DNA from: Raillietiella orientalis
Lineage: Eukaryota
Assembly: GCA_036172245.1 (NCBI GenBank)
Contig: JAYWIR010000041.1
Location: 496,001 to 560,000 of the forward strand
Reading direction: 5' to 3'
DNA: 64,000 bases
The notes below the pieces were generated by a model that did no database searches, was not told the origin of the DNA, and saw nothing but the letters and a program-made list of their open reading frames with translations. Positions 60,893 through 64,000 of this stretch are shown here, one piece after another (within the stretch, counting starts at the first letter, position 1; every line of letters starts with the position of its first letter). The position numbers and the translations under genes were made by a program.

Positions 60893-61640
60893 TCATTGGC
60901 GGCCGTAATGTGGCTGCTTCCCCCTCACGAAGCACCAAGCGACGGGGATTCGCATCCCACCCGAGGAAGGGGCGATCCCAAGAACAGGATATGCATCGTG
61001 GGTTTTCGAGCAACCCCCCACCACCACCTCCATCCAGCAGGACGGCTCAAGTTGACCTCTGGGGTTCGGATGAGGCACTGATGGAAACCGGATACACCCC
61101 CGTTGACCCTCCGGGGTCCTTTGGGGAATCAAGGAGCGCCGATTTCCTTCGAAGATCCTCTATGGTTGTGAAAATGGTGCCGTTCCCTCCCCACTTGGGG
61201 GAGGACCCTCCATTGCGTACCATGAATTCATATATCTCTCCAGAGTATCAAGAAGTGTGCTGCTCTGAGGTTCTCTTCAGAGGAGTGGAACAAGGAGAGG
61301 TTCCCTTGCGGGTTCCTTCCGGGGGAGAGATTCAGAAGTGGATCCCTTTTTCCAGTTTCTCTCTGGAGGGGAAACGAGTTCTTTTTCCGGGAGGCGCCAC
61401 CGGAGGGAACAAGGAAGAGGTTCCCTTCGGGGTTTTCCTTGCAAGCGTAATAGGAACGGACTTCTTCTCCGGAACCTTTTTGGACTCATAGGACTCTTGG
61501 ACTCTGGTCACTCCGGGGTGACCCCCTACAACTCGAAGAGTCAACGCCCCCTCGGGTGGCGTGGACAGCGTTGAAGAGCTTCGGGAGACCCCCACTGGGA
61601 GGCGAACGGTTCTTCGGCTGTCGGCGAACCAACAAAAAAA
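60893..61640 (+). mobile_element. SINE-like element copy 5 (full length)
   Basis: TTGGCGGCCGTAATGTGG head, degenerate B-box GGATTCGCATCC (60946-60957) and modular body. It ends GGTTCTTCGGCTGTCGGCGAACCA+A-tract. Confidence 0.85.
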
Positions 61641-62059
61641 CCCTCAAGAGAAAAAAGGCTGGAAAGAAAGCAGGCGCTGACCAGAGAATTGCTTGAGGGA
61701 CACAGTTTTCGGGAATAGCACCCACTACGTGCTGCTGTTAAGGAACAGCTGCCACATCGCTCCGAATCTTCCCCGGATACGAAAAGTGCTGCCGAGAGTG
61801 AAAGAAGAAAAAAAAGAAAAAATCGATACGAAGGAGGGAATACTTTGCTAAATTTGAATAAAAACTCTCGTCTTTCTCTTAAAACTGACTTCCCGCAGAA
61901 GGATTCAAGCGGGTTCATAAATATCAATTTACACTCTTGCTGTCATGGTAGCGATTGTCCACCCTTCCACAGTGACGTCCAAATTGAAAAGCGCGATCCG
62001 CTCTACTCATCAAAGTGTCATAACAAGCCAACGTGCATTATCACTGGTATTCCTCTCGA

Positions 62060-63680
62060 AAGCTCTCGAAGGCTGCGGTCTCGGAACGCGGGATGAGGCG
62101 GTGGGAGAGAAAGGATTGCAGACGGAGGCGCTCTTGACCGCCAGAGTTCGCACGAGGAGCGAAAACTCGGAAGCGACTGGGATGTGGTCGAGATTCGCTC
62201 GACATGCGCACGTGGGTCCGTTCGCCACTGCGAGGAGGCATGGTGGCGGCGCCATCGCTCCTCTGCACTCTCGGCTGTGTTGACAGCGCCGTTGCCAGGG
62301 GATCCCGGCGAAAGCATCGGAGGACACCTGAGGACTCGACACCCTGCGACCCTCCGATGTCGTCGCCCACCCCACACTCGGTCCGCGGCGAAGGAGGACC
62401 GCAGTCAGCCCCTCAAGTGCAGCGGTCGTGGCGCGCCCCGCAACCAAGCACCATGCGCCACCCTCGGCGAAGGTCTCTGCGCTGCCACAGGCATCGGTCC
62501 CTGGTCCAGGCCGAAGCGGACATTGGAGAGTGCCAGATTCATCCTCCGGAGTCCGCTCTGGCCCGAACTATTTTCCGCTTTCGTGGGCGCGGGGCCGCAG
62601 TTCCCTCCCTCCATTCTTCCCTTCGAAAGCGCGCCCGTAAAGGAAATTCGGGGAGTCGCGTCCCCTCGCCCTCGTTCCCTGCAGCGGGACCGGAGCGAAA
62701 GCAAACGGTTCCTGGGTTGCTCCGGCATGCATCCCCGACCCAACCCAGAAAGGCGTGACCTCTCGTCACGGCGGCCGCCGGTGCGTCTCGAGCGTTCGCT
62801 GCCCGCTTTCGCGAGGGGCTGGGTCAACCGCGCAGGCGCAGCAGAGGTTCTGGTCGCTTACTTGTCCCATCGGACGACCTCAAAATGTTTGCGGACCGGA
62901 GTCCCTCCTCTGAGTGCTCCCCAAAGAAGGGGAAGGGAGCTTGGGCGATCCGCACCTGCAGAACAGACACAACGTCCATCGTAGAGGGCCCGGCACTACG
63001 GCGTTCTTCGGAGCCACACCTCTGTAGAAGCATTCGCCACAGCAAGCTCTGGACCATCAGCATCCGCAAGGTGCAGACGCCTGCCAGCCGCTTCCAGGGC
63101 AAAGAGAGCCGTCCCAGAGGGCGCGAAGGCGGTGACCGGGCGCCCTAGCGAGCATCACACAGCATCTTTCGCAATCACCTCAGCGACCACTGTTTGGGGG
63201 CGGACGATGGAACGGTTCAGGAGGCACCAGGGAGGGTGGTGCTCTTTGCGCACCTTCTCAGGCAGAGAGCGCTACGCTAACGGGGTCGGGAGTCTTCTAT
63301 CGGGAGGGCTTCTTGGTCCGGTTTAAGGACGATGTCCGATGGCATTCTGGGACGTCCTTGCCTCACTCTGGCATGGCGAGGAAGGGCGGCGCCCTGCAAT
63401 TCCTCAGCATCACGAAAAGACAAACCGATGATGGTGGATCCTTTGAGGTTCCTCCACTCTCCTTCCAGATGGTTTCCTTTTCTTTTGGGGGGTTCCCCGA
63501 ATGCCGAAGAACTGTTCGCCTCCTCCCGAGGGGGTTTCACGAAGCTCCTCCAGCGTTGTTCGCGCCAACCGAGGGGGCGCGTGACTCGTCGAGTTGAGAA
63601 AGGTGACCACGGAGGGACCATGCGATGAAGCCAGGAAGGCTACAAAGGAAGGAGTCTGCTCCTCTCTCATGCACGGGAAG
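62060..63680 (+). mobile_element. LINE 5' remnant (ORF1 region + APE start)
   Basis: KLWTISIRK (I.TWNVRG-like) at ~63043 and RYANGVGSLL (GVGIL) at ~63270. Confidence 0.55.
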
Positions 63681-64000
63681 GAATCCAGAAGGGAACTAAC
63701 TCTTCCTTGTTCCCTATGGAAAGACACCTCGAAAAGGACCCCTTCGTTGTTCTTTTCTGAAGAGAACCCTGAAGGAAGCAGCGCGCCTCTTACACTTCAT
63801 ACAATTCTCTTCTTACCTCTGAGAGAGAGGGTACCAAGCAGCTCCATGGTAACGGCTCCATTCTTGCAACAGAGAGGGAGCCCTGAAGGACTCCTTGATT
63901 CAAGGAAGGACCCCGGAGGGTCGACTTCCAATCCCGGCCGGTCAGCGGGGACATCCGGCTTCTACCAGCACGCCGCGCCCAAAGGCTAACCAGCGTCGTC
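63680..64000 (-). mobile_element. SINE-like element copy 6 (runs off window end)
   Basis: GAATCCAGAAGGGAA, CTGAAGAGAACCC and GAAGGACCC(C)GGAGG(G)TCGAC match copy 3 in the same orientation. Confidence 0.8.

Noticed and set aside
61270..61445. CRISPR-like repeat/spacer array
   Set aside because: The units are degenerate and contiguous, with no unique spacers and no cas genes. They are internal SINE modules.
1..64000. Alternative genetic code or RNA editing as the cause of the broken frames
   Set aside because: The breaks include frameshifts and substitutions in catalytic motifs and differ between homologous copies, which fits neutral decay. RNA data would be needed to exclude it fully.

Overview
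Eukaryotic, repeat-saturated window with no intact protein-coding gene or complete RNA gene that I can support. Most long ORFs in the supplied track are GC-rich shadow frames of decayed retroelements. Three components explain most of the sequence. (1) About 15 frameshifted fragments of L1/Tx1-like non-LTR retrotransposons (APE endonuclease, RT and C-terminal zf-RVT-like motifs). One family has a structured 3' UTR ending AATAAA-hairpin-GTGAAAA, including a 324-bp copy with a perfect 17-bp target-site duplication. (2) Six copies of a ~750-870 bp tRNA-headed SINE-like element whose body is built from CCC-TTCG-GGG hairpin modules and whose complete copies end in a hairpin plus GGCGA(A/G)CCA-oligo(A). 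(3) Roughly 25 kb of decayed DUF4116-like (PF13475) helical-repeat coding sequence in at least seven blocks. A weak Ty3/Gypsy integrase remnant is also present. All protein-family calls come from reading motifs by eye in broken frames and need HMM confirmation. Boundaries are approximate unless a TSD or terminus is given. Assembly indel error could contribute to the apparent decay.
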